DNA of 64,000 bases from Bacteroidales bacterium (GTDB taxonomy: Bacteria > Bacteroidota > Bacteroidia > Bacteroidales > WCHB1-69). The notes under the pieces are model-generated. The model searched no databases. It was given only the letters and a program-made list of their open reading frames with translations, and was not told the origin of the DNA. Of the stretch, positions 1-8,680 are shown piece after piece. The stretch spans positions 17,452 through 81,451 of the forward strand of contig JBGUPL010000029.1 in the NCBI GenBank assembly GCA_045130275.1. The letters run 5' to 3'. How positions within the stretch are numbered: the first letter of the stretch is position 1; each line of letters opens with the position of its first letter. The translations under genes and the position numbers were made by a program.

Positions 1-173
1 ATGGACAGGGATATTTATCAGCGGATTCTGATATTGTAATTACAAATAACATTTTTCGTTTCTTGGTACACATCAAATAACTAATTCATCGGAATTTGTA
101 TGTTATAAAACGAGAGATATAAGCATAACTTCTTGAACGGCAATCACATAGAGACTATAAAAATCTTACAGCA

Positions 174-950
174 ATGAGAAAGAATCAGAAAAGAATTATC
201 ATCACAGCAATTGAGATTTTGGCTGTCTTGCTTCTTTTGGCACCAGCCTATCGCTTGGCGTGTGGCATAGGCCTGAAAAAAAACTATTCCCAAAACGGCA
301 TTACCATATATGCCGATGGTGTTGAGCATAAAGAGGAGGCCAAGCAGATGGCAGAAACGCTTCGAGCACAGTTGTTGAAGGTTGATCGCGATTATTCTCC
401 AAAAATCTCTTTCTATTTTTGCCGAACAATGGCCGGCTTTCAAATAAAGGCAATTGCGATTGGCAAACCTTTTGCTTTGTCGCGAACCGGCCTGAAGGCA
501 ACTTTGATTCGTCCGTGCGACTGGACGAAAAATTCTATAGAACCACGAAAACCGGAACTTTTGCCACGCAGTCTTTCCTCGGTTTTGTTGCACGAAGCAC
601 TACATCATTATGAAAAGGAGAAACTTGGTGCCGTTCGTTTTTTCATCAAAATGCGTGCCGAGAATTGGAAGATTGAGGGGTTTTGTGAATACCATTCCGC
701 CTCTTCTTCGTTTCCGACAGACAAAGGATTGCGTATATTCTATGGTGAAGACAGCTATGATTTTGTGACAAGCAATGAGATAAAACCGGAATACTTCTAT
801 TTCGTGTCGCGACTCAGAACCGACTACCTTCTCAATTTCAAAAAAGTCAGCGAAAGCGACTTTTGGTCAACAAAATACGATGAAGATCAATTGGATGATG
901 AAATCCGACAGGCCTTAAAAGAAAAGAGATACGCTTTCACGGGGCGGTGA
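174..950 (+). CDS. membrane-anchored hypothetical protein with an HExxH (HEALH) metallopeptidase-like motif
   Basis: 258-aa ORF. N-terminal hydrophobic helix (IIITAIEILAVLLLLAPA). Single HEALHH motif. No family recognised beyond the motif. Confidence 0.5.
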   Translation: MRKNQKRIIITAIEILAVLLLLAPAYRLACGIGLKKNYSQNGITIYADGVEHKEEAKQMAETLRAQLLKVDRDYSPKISFYFCRTMAGFQIKAIAIGKPFALSRTGLKATLIRPCDWTKNSIEPRKPELLPRSLSSVLLHEALHHYEKEKLGAVRFFIKMRAENWKIEGFCEYHSASSSFPTDKGLRIFYGEDSYDFVTSNEIKPEYFYFVSRLRTDYLLNFKKVSESDFWSTKYDEDQLDDEIRQALKEKRYAFTGR

Positions 951-1007
951 TAGAACGAATCACCGAACAATGCCAACTCAACGGGCTGCAGGAAACCATC
1001 AAAGAAC

Positions 1008-1330
1008 TTATTTAAGTTTCACAAGCTTTTTTTGTTGCATCTGTTGGCGTGTTTTCGTGATTTTCTGTTGGAGATTCCGCTCGCTCACTGTGTTCGCGGC
1101 GGAATGGTGCGCGCCTCCGTATGAGACCAAGGGGAAGAAGATGGGCGGCGGGGAAATAGCTGCCGTTGCCTGAAGTTTCACGACCGCCGCCCATCTTCTT
1201 CCCTCTTTTTCTTTGAATGTGACGCACCATTCCGCTAGTGACGATAGGAACTGGCGGAATCTCCTCCGTTCAAAGACAAATTTCCTCAAACAGTCTGAGG
1301 CATACTTGCGAAACTTGAGAAACTTACAAT
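1008..1330. repeat. 323-nt self-complementary long-hairpin MITE-like element, copy A
   Basis: About 94% identical (hand count) to the reverse complement of 25135-25457. Internally symmetric around ~1167: an 18-bp perfect stem 1134-1151/1184-1201, plus 1098-1112/1223-1235 and 1070-1080/1254-1264. Terminal TAAGTTTCNCAAG-like inverted ends. Confidence 0.8.
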
Positions 1331-1491
1331 CAGACAAATGACTTTTTGGGCTGTCAAGTGTTGTGGATTTTTAGTGATTGTTATATGGAATGACTAGACA
1401 GCGGCGTAATAAAGGATATGTTGAAACAACGGCACATTCAAAATTCTGCACAGAAAAGGAAGAATACTTTCGATTTCCGTGTGAGATTTTG

Positions 1492-1499
1492 TATCTTTG
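1492..1499 (+). promoter_or_regulatory. Bacteroidota -7 promoter box TATCTTTG (TAnnTTTG) upstream of cat
   Basis: Matches the consensus TAnnTTTG, 72 nt upstream of the ATG at 1571. Lies within a 21-mer that is identical to 4589-4609. Confidence 0.6.
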
Positions 1500-1570
1500 C
1501 CAACTCATCAACCGGCCACGATGTCTGGATTGCCGGCAATGAATATTAAGGATTTGGAAAACGATACGAT

Positions 1571-2200
1571 ATGAAACAAGAAATCAACCCTCAAGACTCG
1601 CCGCGCGGATTTGCTTTCGAGCTGTGGAAAACAGCTGGGATGCCGAAGGTGACGATTTTCAAAACCTTCGATATCACCCGATTGATCAAGGTCGCCAAAC
1701 GGAGCGGGATGAAGACCAACATGCTGATGTGCTGGTGCATCGGAAAGGCGGCAAGCCCTGTCGAGGAGTTCTATACGCTGCCTGCCGGTGGACATCTGTG
1801 GCAGTATGATCGTCTGGCGGTCAACACCGTTGTGAAGACCGTGAACGGTACCGTCCGCCTCTGCGATATTCCCTTTTCGGAGGATATTCATCAGTTCAAC
1901 GAGGACTATCTGCGGCTGACCCGTCAGGTGCACGACACGAACGAAGATCATCTTCTCGGCGACGAATACATGGCCGTTGACACTTCAACGTTGGTGGAAT
2001 GCGAGATTGACGGTGTGGCGAGTGTCTATTCCGAACTGTTTACCAATCCTTTCCTGGCCTGGGGCAAATATCGCCGAGGGCTCTTCAAAACGACGTTGCC
2101 CATCTCTTTCCAGTTCCACCACGCCCAGATGGACGGTTTCGAGGCGGCGCGCTTCCTCAATGGGCTGCAGGAGACCATCAATGGAATCACGATAGGATAA
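1571..2200 (+). CDS. cat: type A chloramphenicol O-acetyltransferase family protein
   Basis: 209 aa. C-terminal catalytic motif FQFHHAQMDGFEAARFLNGLQ matches the CAT HHAxxDGfH signature. Length and N-terminal FAFELWK region are typical of CatA. Confidence 0.85.
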   Translation: MKQEINPQDSPRGFAFELWKTAGMPKVTIFKTFDITRLIKVAKRSGMKTNMLMCWCIGKAASPVEEFYTLPAGGHLWQYDRLAVNTVVKTVNGTVRLCDIPFSEDIHQFNEDYLRLTRQVHDTNEDHLLGDEYMAVDTSTLVECEIDGVASVYSELFTNPFLAWGKYRRGLFKTTLPISFQFHHAQMDGFEAARFLNGLQETINGITIG

Positions 2201-2298
2201 ATATCGCATTTGGCAATCATGTGCGATGGCTTCTTAGTGGTTGTCCTATACACGACATAGCACACCATAACACATTTTGGACGAAACAGAAAGGTCTT

Positions 2299-3195
2299 TT
2301 ATTCTCCCCTTGTCCTGAATGCCTTCGGACTCACGCCGACCGCACGGCGGAAGAAGGTGCCGAAATGGCTCTGGTTCTGGAAGCCGAGGCGGTCGGAAAT
2401 CTCCTGGACAGAAAGCGTGGAGGTCCGCAACAGCGACTTGGCTTTCCGAATCAGGATTTCGCTGATGCAGTCGCCGGCGGTACTGCCCGTCACCTGTTTC
2501 ACCACATTGGCCACATACGTGGATGTAAGGTGCAACTCGTCGGCATACCATTTGATGTCATGATGCTCGTGGCAACATTGATCCACCAAAGACAGAAATC
2601 GCCCTGTCAATTCCTCAGCACGGGAAAGCGGTTTCTGCGATGCAAGACTGTCGGTGAAAAATCCGTAAAGAAAAGACACGAGTGATCGGATAAGGTGCAG
2701 GATAGTCGTCTGCCGATTCGGGGTTTCCTTCCGCATCAGTTCCTCTACAAGGTCAAGATAGAGCATTATCGTCTGCATATTGGGTGCGTCAATCTGTGAG
2801 GCTGGGCGTATGTATGCGTAATGTAATTTGTCGTATGGCAATGAAAGCATCAGTTTCTCCGCAATGACAGGCGAAAAGGATAGCAAACGAATCTTCAAGT
2901 CCGGGGTGTTACTGATATGATGCAAGATGTGGTCGTTAAAAATATACACAGCTGTCGGCGCTTTTAATTCAATGTCAAGCAGGTTGAACTTTCCACGAAG
3001 TGTACCTTGCGTGACGAAAAGGATGGCATAATGGCTGGTATGAAAATACTCTGGCAGGTTTTCATCAATATAACTCTCTATTTCCGCCACCAGAATCTCG
3101 CTATTACGCCACGAGGTGCGCTTTATGATTTTTTCCGAATCATACAGAACAGGCAAATCGCCGTTTCTCTTCTTTTCAACATTCATAACATCCAT
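2299..3195 (-). CDS. AraC family transcriptional regulator
   Basis: C-terminal HTH_18-like region (ISDRLGFQNQSHFGTFFRRAVGVSPKAFR). Start moved to the internal ATG (MDVMNVEKK) because the upstream 50 codons are low-complexity and AT-rich. Confidence 0.8.
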   Translation of the reverse strand: MDVMNVEKKRNGDLPVLYDSEKIIKRTSWRNSEILVAEIESYIDENLPEYFHTSHYAILFVTQGTLRGKFNLLDIELKAPTAVYIFNDHILHHISNTPDLKIRLLSFSPVIAEKLMLSLPYDKLHYAYIRPASQIDAPNMQTIMLYLDLVEELMRKETPNRQTTILHLIRSLVSFLYGFFTDSLASQKPLSRAEELTGRFLSLVDQCCHEHHDIKWYADELHLTSTYVANVVKQVTGSTAGDCISEILIRKAKSLLRTSTLSVQEISDRLGFQNQSHFGTFFRRAVGVSPKAFRTRGE

Positions 3196-3353
3196 TGTCT
3201 TATATTTTAGAACAATTAATATTGTAATCAGAACAGTTGAATTATTTCTAAATCCACTAAAAATCGACAAAGATACATTTTTTTTAAATTGGAATATATA
3301 AAATAGAACATATTTTGTTGTCTTGAGAACATTGGCATAACGCATAATAGGTT

Positions 3354-3361
3354 TATTTTTG
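3354..3361 (+). promoter_or_regulatory. -7 promoter box TATTTTTG upstream of the glycosyltransferase
   Basis: TAnnTTTG match 30 nt upstream of the ATG at 3391. Confidence 0.5.
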
Positions 3362-3390
3362 CAAAATTGTTTTCACTAATTCCATCCGTT

Positions 3391-4557
3391 ATGAGAATTC
3401 TCTTTGTCATAGACACTTACGATACAAATAATAACGGAACTAGCATCTCGGCACAGCGTTTTGCCGCCGAATTGCGCCGACGCGGGCATGAGGTGAAAAT
3501 TCTCACTTCCGGCGAGCCAGGCGAAGACCGTTTTGCCTTGCCCACGTACAAGATGCCCATATTCCAGCCATTGATGGACAAACACAACTTCAACTTTGCC
3601 TATAGTGAAAAAAAGACCATTCGGGAAGCCGTTGAATGGGCTGATATCATACATTGCTTCCTCCCGTTCGCTATCGAGGTGGAAGCCAAGCGTTATGCCG
3701 ACAAGATAGGGAAGCCCTCTACCGCCGCTTTCCACATCCAGCCGCAAAACCTTTGGTCGTCGGTGGGATTGGGCAAGGTGGATTGGATTCAGGACGGCAC
3801 TTATCGTAGTTTCCGTACTTTTCTTTACAATAAATTCCGCCACGTCCACGCCCCGTCACAATTTATGGCCGATGAGATCAAGAAACGAGGTTACACCGCC
3901 AAAATCCACGTCATTTCCAATGGCATCCAAGATGCATTCCTGGAGACCGGACATCTCGTCCATCAACAGGGCAGGCCGGCCAAATCGCCTGAATTTGAGG
4001 GTAAAATACCGATCATCATGATCGGCCGTCTTTCGCAGGAGAAAAGGCAGGATGTAATCATTAACTCGGTGCAATATTCGAAATATGCCGACAAAATACA
4101 GCTGATTTTTGCTGGAAAAGGTCCCGAGTACGATCGTTATGTGGAACTTGGAAAGCAGCTGAAAAATCCGCCCCAATTTGTCTATCTCGAGCAACAGAAA
4201 CTGATTGACTTACTGCTGCAATGCGACTTGTACGTACACGCCAGCGATATGGAGAGCGAGGCCATCTCGTGCATCGAGGCCTTTGCCACCGGGCTGGTGC
4301 CGGTCATCGCCAATTCGGAGGTCAGCGCCACGCCGCAGTTCGCCCTTGACGGCCGGAGCCTGTTCAAGCCCGGCAGCCCCAAGGATCTCGCCCGCGCCAT
4401 CGACTACTGGCTTGATCATCCGAATGAGCGGGAATATATGGGAGAACTTTACCGTGTGGCGGCAAAGAAGTACAGTCTGGCCAACTCGGTGCGAATGTTT
4501 GAGGAGATGTTGAACGAGGAAATCGAGGACAATGCAAAACAATCCGTTCAAGATTGA
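3391..4557 (+). CDS. glycosyltransferase family 4 (GT-B, group 1)
   Basis: MRILFVIDTYDTNNNGTSISAQRF N-terminus, plus a C-terminal EAISCIEAFATGLVPV (E-x7-E-like) region typical of GT4. Confidence 0.8.
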   Translation: MRILFVIDTYDTNNNGTSISAQRFAAELRRRGHEVKILTSGEPGEDRFALPTYKMPIFQPLMDKHNFNFAYSEKKTIREAVEWADIIHCFLPFAIEVEAKRYADKIGKPSTAAFHIQPQNLWSSVGLGKVDWIQDGTYRSFRTFLYNKFRHVHAPSQFMADEIKKRGYTAKIHVISNGIQDAFLETGHLVHQQGRPAKSPEFEGKIPIIMIGRLSQEKRQDVIINSVQYSKYADKIQLIFAGKGPEYDRYVELGKQLKNPPQFVYLEQQKLIDLLLQCDLYVHASDMESEAISCIEAFATGLVPVIANSEVSATPQFALDGRSLFKPGSPKDLARAIDYWLDHPNEREYMGELYRVAAKKYSLANSVRMFEEMLNEEIEDNAKQSVQD

Positions 4558-4599
4558 ATTTGTGAATCCATCTCACAGATTTTTTTATGTGAGATTTTG

Positions 4600-4607
4600 T
4601 ATCTTTG
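4600..4607 (+). promoter_or_regulatory. -7 promoter box TATCTTTG upstream of the exported glutathione peroxidase
   Basis: TAnnTTTG match 25 nt upstream of the ATG at 4632. The 21-mer 4589-4609 is identical to 1481-1501. Confidence 0.6.
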
Positions 4608-4631
4608 CCGTTCAAAAATAGAACAGCTCTT

Positions 4632-5264
4632 ATGAAAGTTAAAACCCTCATCATTGCAACTTTCGCCCTGCTTGCGGCGGTGAGTTGCTTCGGACAAAAC
4701 AAAAAGTACAAAAGCATCTACGACATCACGGTCAAGGATATCAAAGGCAATGACGTGTCGTTAGCTGACTACAAAGGCAAGGTGCTGCTGATCGTCAATG
4801 TGGCGAGCAAGTGCGGGCTCACCCCGCAATACGAAGGCCTCGAAGCCCTCTATCTGAAATACAAAGACCAAGGACTGGAGATCCTGGCGTTCCCGTGCAA
4901 CCAGTTCCTCGAACAGGAGCCCGGCACCAACGAGGAGATCCAAAATTTCTGTTCGTTGACCTACAACGTCACTTTCCCGCTGTTCGACAAAGTCGATGTC
5001 AACGGGAAGAAAGAGAGTCCGCTTTACACCTTCCTTAAGTCAAAAGCCCCGTTCACCGGCTATCCGGAGGGCTACGAGGCTTTCGCCGCCCAGCTCGACA
5101 TGATTCACCAAAAAACGGGTTCCGGTTTCGACAAAGGCGATGCCATCAAGTGGAACTTCGGCAAGTTTTTGGTTTCCAAAGACGGCAAGACCATCCTGCG
5201 CTTCGAGCCGATGGTGTCACCGGAGGGTTTGGAGGAGGATATTCAACGGATGCTGGGAGAGTGA
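4632..5264 (+). CDS. glutathione peroxidase family protein with N-terminal signal peptide
   Basis: [20 protein letters not shown]...FPCNQF motifs. Signal-like [22 protein letters not shown]. Confidence 0.85.
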   Translation: MKVKTLIIATFALLAAVSCFGQNKKYKSIYDITVKDIKGNDVSLADYKGKVLLIVNVASKCGLTPQYEGLEALYLKYKDQGLEILAFPCNQFLEQEPGTNEEIQNFCSLTYNVTFPLFDKVDVNGKKESPLYTFLKSKAPFTGYPEGYEAFAAQLDMIHQKTGSGFDKGDAIKWNFGKFLVSKDGKTILRFEPMVSPEGLEEDIQRMLGE

Positions 5265-5404
5265 TTGCGGACTGCAGTCGCCTTTGTTGCCAACGTGCTG
5301 GCGGTGTGATCGTGTTGCAGATGCTATCAAGCAGGGACACAAAAACTTTGGCACATTTTTCAATCCAGCGCAGTGGTTTCTAAGTGTTTGTTATATATAC
5401 TCGA

Positions 5405-7528
5405 TCACAGCCTGACATTCACCCCAAAATAGATGCTTCGTGGCTGCTTCGGACCGTAAATGTAGCCCGAATCGCGAAACACACCGTAGTCCAGGTCGCG
5501 CTGGTAGGCGTTGGTGATGTTCTGCACTCCGGCAGTCAGGCGCAGCACGACCTCGTTATAGCCCACTTCAGACGGGCGTTGTATCATAGGATATTCATCT
5601 CTCCGCTGGATCTTGAAATGGAAGTCGTAAGAAACCTGCGCGTTGAGAACGAAGAAGGTCGGGGTTTTCACCAGGACGGGTTCGTCCAATTCGTGGGGCA
5701 CTAACATGGGACCGGTGAGGTTGCCCGTGACATTCAGGGTGAGATGGCGCCACGGTTTGCTTTCCAGCATCAAAAAGCCATAGACATTCGGTGTCCTGAG
5801 CATTCGGATTTCGGGGGCGGCATCCTCGCTCCACTCCACGGGCTCGCTGTAGCGGCTCACCTGCCAGGTGGCACCGAGCTGACCGGAAATCCAACGACTC
5901 CAGCTCACCTTCAACGCGCCGTGCACGCCCGCCACATACCCGCGACCGGCGTTGTAGCGCTCCGACACTTCGTTGCCGGTGGCATCCTCATAGCGTCGCT
6001 CCGCGAAGATGTCCTTCAGATAGGTGAAGAACCCTTCGCCTGTAATGTCCACATCTACATTGCCTTTGTAGAGGCAGAAGTCTGCAGAGAGAGATGCGCT
6101 GTGTGAGCGTTCCTCCTTGAGGTCCGGGGCGAGGGTGCTGATGATACGCTCGCCACCCGCCAAGGAGACGTGCAGGTCTTCGTCGTACGATTGCGGAGCC
6201 CGGAATCCAGTGGCGTAACTTGCTCGTAATGAGATCTTTCGATTTGGATTGTAACGGAGATTCACCCTCGGGGAGAAAATCGGCCGGCGGATGAGCGAGT
6301 GTTTGTCCATGCGCACACCAGCCAACAGCGACCAATGCTCGTTTCGCCACTCGTTCTGCGCATACACACTGCCGATGTGCACGTCCTGGTGCAGATATTG
6401 CGCGTAACCCGGGATCGAGTCAGTCAGGTGGTCGAAGTTGTATTCCGCCCCGACGGTCAACGAGGCGGGCATAAACCACAGTTTGTCAAAGTGGTAGCGC
6501 CACAGCGCACCGGTGGCGAGCGTCAGGTTATGGGTGCAGCCGTAGGCCTTCAGCGCATCCTCCCGTTCCTCAGGCGTGCCCTCGCCGATACCACCGTAGT
6601 AGCTGTCGCGGTGGATGTGTTGCAGGGCGGCGTAGGCCTCCACATGCTGGTGGCCGAAGTCGAGGTGGTAGTTGAGATGGCCGCTGTGCACGAGGTGTGA
6701 CGCGCCCTCGGAGATGTTCGACTCGTGGGGTTGCAGACTGAGGTTGTTGCCACCCCGGTGCTCGTCGCTGACGATGTTGTAGCGGAAACTCAGCTTCGAC
6801 AGCCGGGTGGGTCGCACGAACGCGTTCACCCCGACGGAGAGGTTGCGCAGCTTGGGAATATCGCTGTAGCCGTCATCGTTGCGGTCGTAGGAACTGCGGT
6901 GACGGTCCTGCGCGAAGAGGTAAAGTCCGGCATTGCGATTCTTCGTGACGGCCGAAGCGTAGGCGTGCGTGGTGTTGTCGAAAGAGCGGGTGAAGTCGAA
7001 GTTGCTGACGGTGTGGCCGAAGCCGCCGCCGTTCTCCGTGGCCTCCTTGGTGATGATGTTGATGACGCCGCCTACCGCCGACGCGCCGAAGAGGGCACTG
7101 CCGCCACCGCGCATCACCTCGATGCGTCCAATCATCTCCGCCGGAATCTGTTCCAGACCGTAAACGCCGTTCAATGAGGAGAATATCGGCTTGGAGTCGA
7201 TGAGGATTTGGGAATAGTGGCCGTCGAGTCCGTTGATGCGCACCTGCGTGAAGCCGCAGTTCTGGCAGTTGTCTTCCACACGCAGCCCCGGCATGAAATC
7301 GAGCGTCTGTGCCAAACAGACGGCATTGGCGGCGGTCATGGTGCGCGGCGTGACAATGTTGATCAGCGCCGGTGCCTCCCGCCGGAGTGTCTGCTCGCGG
7401 TTCGATGATATGGTGATTTCGTCCACGTGAACGGTGTCGTGATCGTGGTGCGGCAAATCCTGAGCCCCCGCACCAAAAGCTATCGCCCCGAACAGGAACG
7501 TTAGGGCATAATAAATATGTCTTTTCAT
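5405..7528 (-). CDS. TonB-dependent outer-membrane receptor
   Basis: 707 aa. Signal peptide, plug-domain motifs (IEVMRGGGSALFGASAVGGVINIITK), C-terminal barrel ending in F/L residues, and a His-rich mature N-terminus (HHDHDTVH). Confidence 0.85.
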   Translation of the reverse strand: MKRHIYYALTFLFGAIAFGAGAQDLPHHDHDTVHVDEITISSNREQTLRREAPALINIVTPRTMTAANAVCLAQTLDFMPGLRVEDNCQNCGFTQVRINGLDGHYSQILIDSKPIFSSLNGVYGLEQIPAEMIGRIEVMRGGGSALFGASAVGGVINIITKEATENGGGFGHTVSNFDFTRSFDNTTHAYASAVTKNRNAGLYLFAQDRHRSSYDRNDDGYSDIPKLRNLSVGVNAFVRPTRLSKLSFRYNIVSDEHRGGNNLSLQPHESNISEGASHLVHSGHLNYHLDFGHQHVEAYAALQHIHRDSYYGGIGEGTPEEREDALKAYGCTHNLTLATGALWRYHFDKLWFMPASLTVGAEYNFDHLTDSIPGYAQYLHQDVHIGSVYAQNEWRNEHWSLLAGVRMDKHSLIRRPIFSPRVNLRYNPNRKISLRASYATGFRAPQSYDEDLHVSLAGGERIISTLAPDLKEERSHSASLSADFCLYKGNVDVDITGEGFFTYLKDIFAERRYEDATGNEVSERYNAGRGYVAGVHGALKVSWSRWISGQLGATWQVSRYSEPVEWSEDAAPEIRMLRTPNVYGFLMLESKPWRHLTLNVTGNLTGPMLVPHELDEPVLVKTPTFFVLNAQVSYDFHFKIQRRDEYPMIQRPSEVGYNEVVLRLTAGVQNITNAYQRDLDYGVFRDSGYIYGPKQPRSIYFGVNVRL

Positions 7529-7609
7529 TTTTTTGCTTGTTAGTGAATAGTGATCAGTGATCAGTGGTTAGTGTACGGCAAGTAGAACGTTGCCGCAAAC
7601 TACTAACTG

Positions 7610-7972
7610 CTAACTTCTAACTACCAACTGAACAGGCGGTGCACGTAACAAGCTCACACCCTGTAGGTTGGATTGTGTGCAGAGTGTAAAAAAGAAAAGA
7701 TGGGGGAAAAGTTTTTGGTCGTTGTTGAAGAAGTGCAAGCTGGTCGGAAAAACGACTTTGGTGACGGTGAAATGACAGATGGCGCAGTAGTCGTCGGCAT
7801 CATCTTCCATATTTTGGAGGATTGTGTGCGCAAGCGTGTGGTGCGACATGGTGACACCGTCCAACGGGCAGACAACATCTTCCGCCTCCGTCCAATGATG
7901 GTGGTGGAGGGCCTTGGTGCCGATCATGCCGCAGAACGCGAACAACAGCACCCAAGCGATCAGTTGTCTCAT
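7610..7972 (-). CDS. small exported His/Cys-rich hypothetical protein (possible metal-handling partner of the receptor)
   Basis: Start set at MRQLIAWVLLFAFCG, which has a -7 box 21 nt upstream. Contains HHHH, SHH and CAICH motifs. The last ~7 codons are encoded by the low-complexity spacer. Confidence 0.45.
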   Translation of the reverse strand: MRQLIAWVLLFAFCGMIGTKALHHHHWTEAEDVVCPLDGVTMSHHTLAHTILQNMEDDADDYCAICHFTVTKVVFPTSLHFFNNDQKLFPHLFFFTLCTQSNLQGVSLLRAPPVQLVVRS

Positions 7973-7992
7973 TCGTGTCTTCTTCACGGCGG

Positions 7993-8000
7993 CAAAAATA
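7993..8000 (-). promoter_or_regulatory. -7 promoter box (TATTTTTG on the minus strand) for the small His/Cys protein and receptor operon
   Basis: The reverse complement of CAAAAATA is TATTTTTG. It sits just upstream of the ATG at 7972. Confidence 0.55.
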
Positions 8001-8045
8001 CATTTTTTCCTATACGACGGGGAAGAATATGGAAAACGAAACGAT

Positions 8046-8112
8046 ATGAGACACGAAATCAACTATCAAGACCCGCTGCGCAGATTTGCTTTTGAGTTGT
8101 GGAAAACGGCTG
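8046..8112 (+). pseudogene. 5' remnant of a second cat gene (22 codons plus upstream leader)
   Basis: MRHEINYQDPLRRFAFELWKTA versus MKQEINPQDSPRGFAFELWKTAG of the intact cat. About 80% nucleotide identity over ~90 nt, including GGAAAACGAxACGATATG upstream of the ATG. Similarity ends near 8112. Confidence 0.7.
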
Positions 8113-8680
8113 ATTTGAGATTCCAAATTTTCTTCTGAAAACGGAACATCCCGCTACTATCTTCATCGGCTGATTCTGGATCATTCGCGTCGGGGTGACG
8201 GCTGTTGAAATACTCTACGATGTGGAAACCGCAGCGGTTGACATAGAAGTGGATGTTTCGCTTTTCGAAATAGGGGGTGTGGGTCTCCCAGACTGTCACT
8301 TCGGGGTGCAGCTGTTCGATTAGGCACCAGGCGGAATAACCGATGCCCTTGCTGTGAACCTCGGGGTTGACATACAACAGTTCCAATTCGCCGCATTCTC
8401 CTTTCACGCTGATAACGGCACCGCCAACCTTCTCCCCGTCGAGGAGAATGCGGTAGGTTTCAGCATTTTCGCTATCAATGGATGCTTCGATGGTGGCACG
8501 GGAAATGATTTCCCCGTCCTCTTCAAAATGATTGTCACGGAGACCGAACTCTTCGGTGGCTCCGTACTTGAACGCCCGCTGGTTGTCGAGGATGAACTGC
8601 TCGCGGTCGTCGGGTTGCAGCGACGACAAGGTTACATTTTTGTTGACTCGTGATTGCATAATTTTATGGATTATCGACAT
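8066..8680 (-). CDS. GNAT family N-acetyltransferase
   Basis: 204 aa. Acetyl-CoA-binding-like VNPEVHSKGIGYSAW. An alternative start is at 8659. The last ~16 codons are antisense to the cat remnant. Confidence 0.75.
   Translation of the reverse strand: MSIIHKIMQSRVNKNVTLSSLQPDDREQFILDNQRAFKYGATEEFGLRDNHFEEDGEIISRATIEASIDSENAETYRILLDGEKVGGAVISVKGECGELELLYVNPEVHSKGIGYSAWCLIEQLHPEVTVWETHTPYFEKRNIHFYVNRCGFHIVEYFNSRHPDANDPESADEDSSGMFRFQKKIWNLKSAVFHNSKANLRSGS

Noticed and set aside
1-39. Short ORF end (MDRDIYQRILIL*) at the left edge as the 3' end of a truncated gene.
   Set aside because: Too short to assign. There is no evidence beyond an open frame at the window boundary.
1008-1337. 109-aa and 120-aa 'proteins' (1008-1337 minus; 25095-25457 plus) that are ~85% identical to each other.
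   Set aside because: They are translations of the two copies of the palindromic repeat. Comparable ORFs appear on both strands because of the self-complementarity, and there is no start context or promoter.
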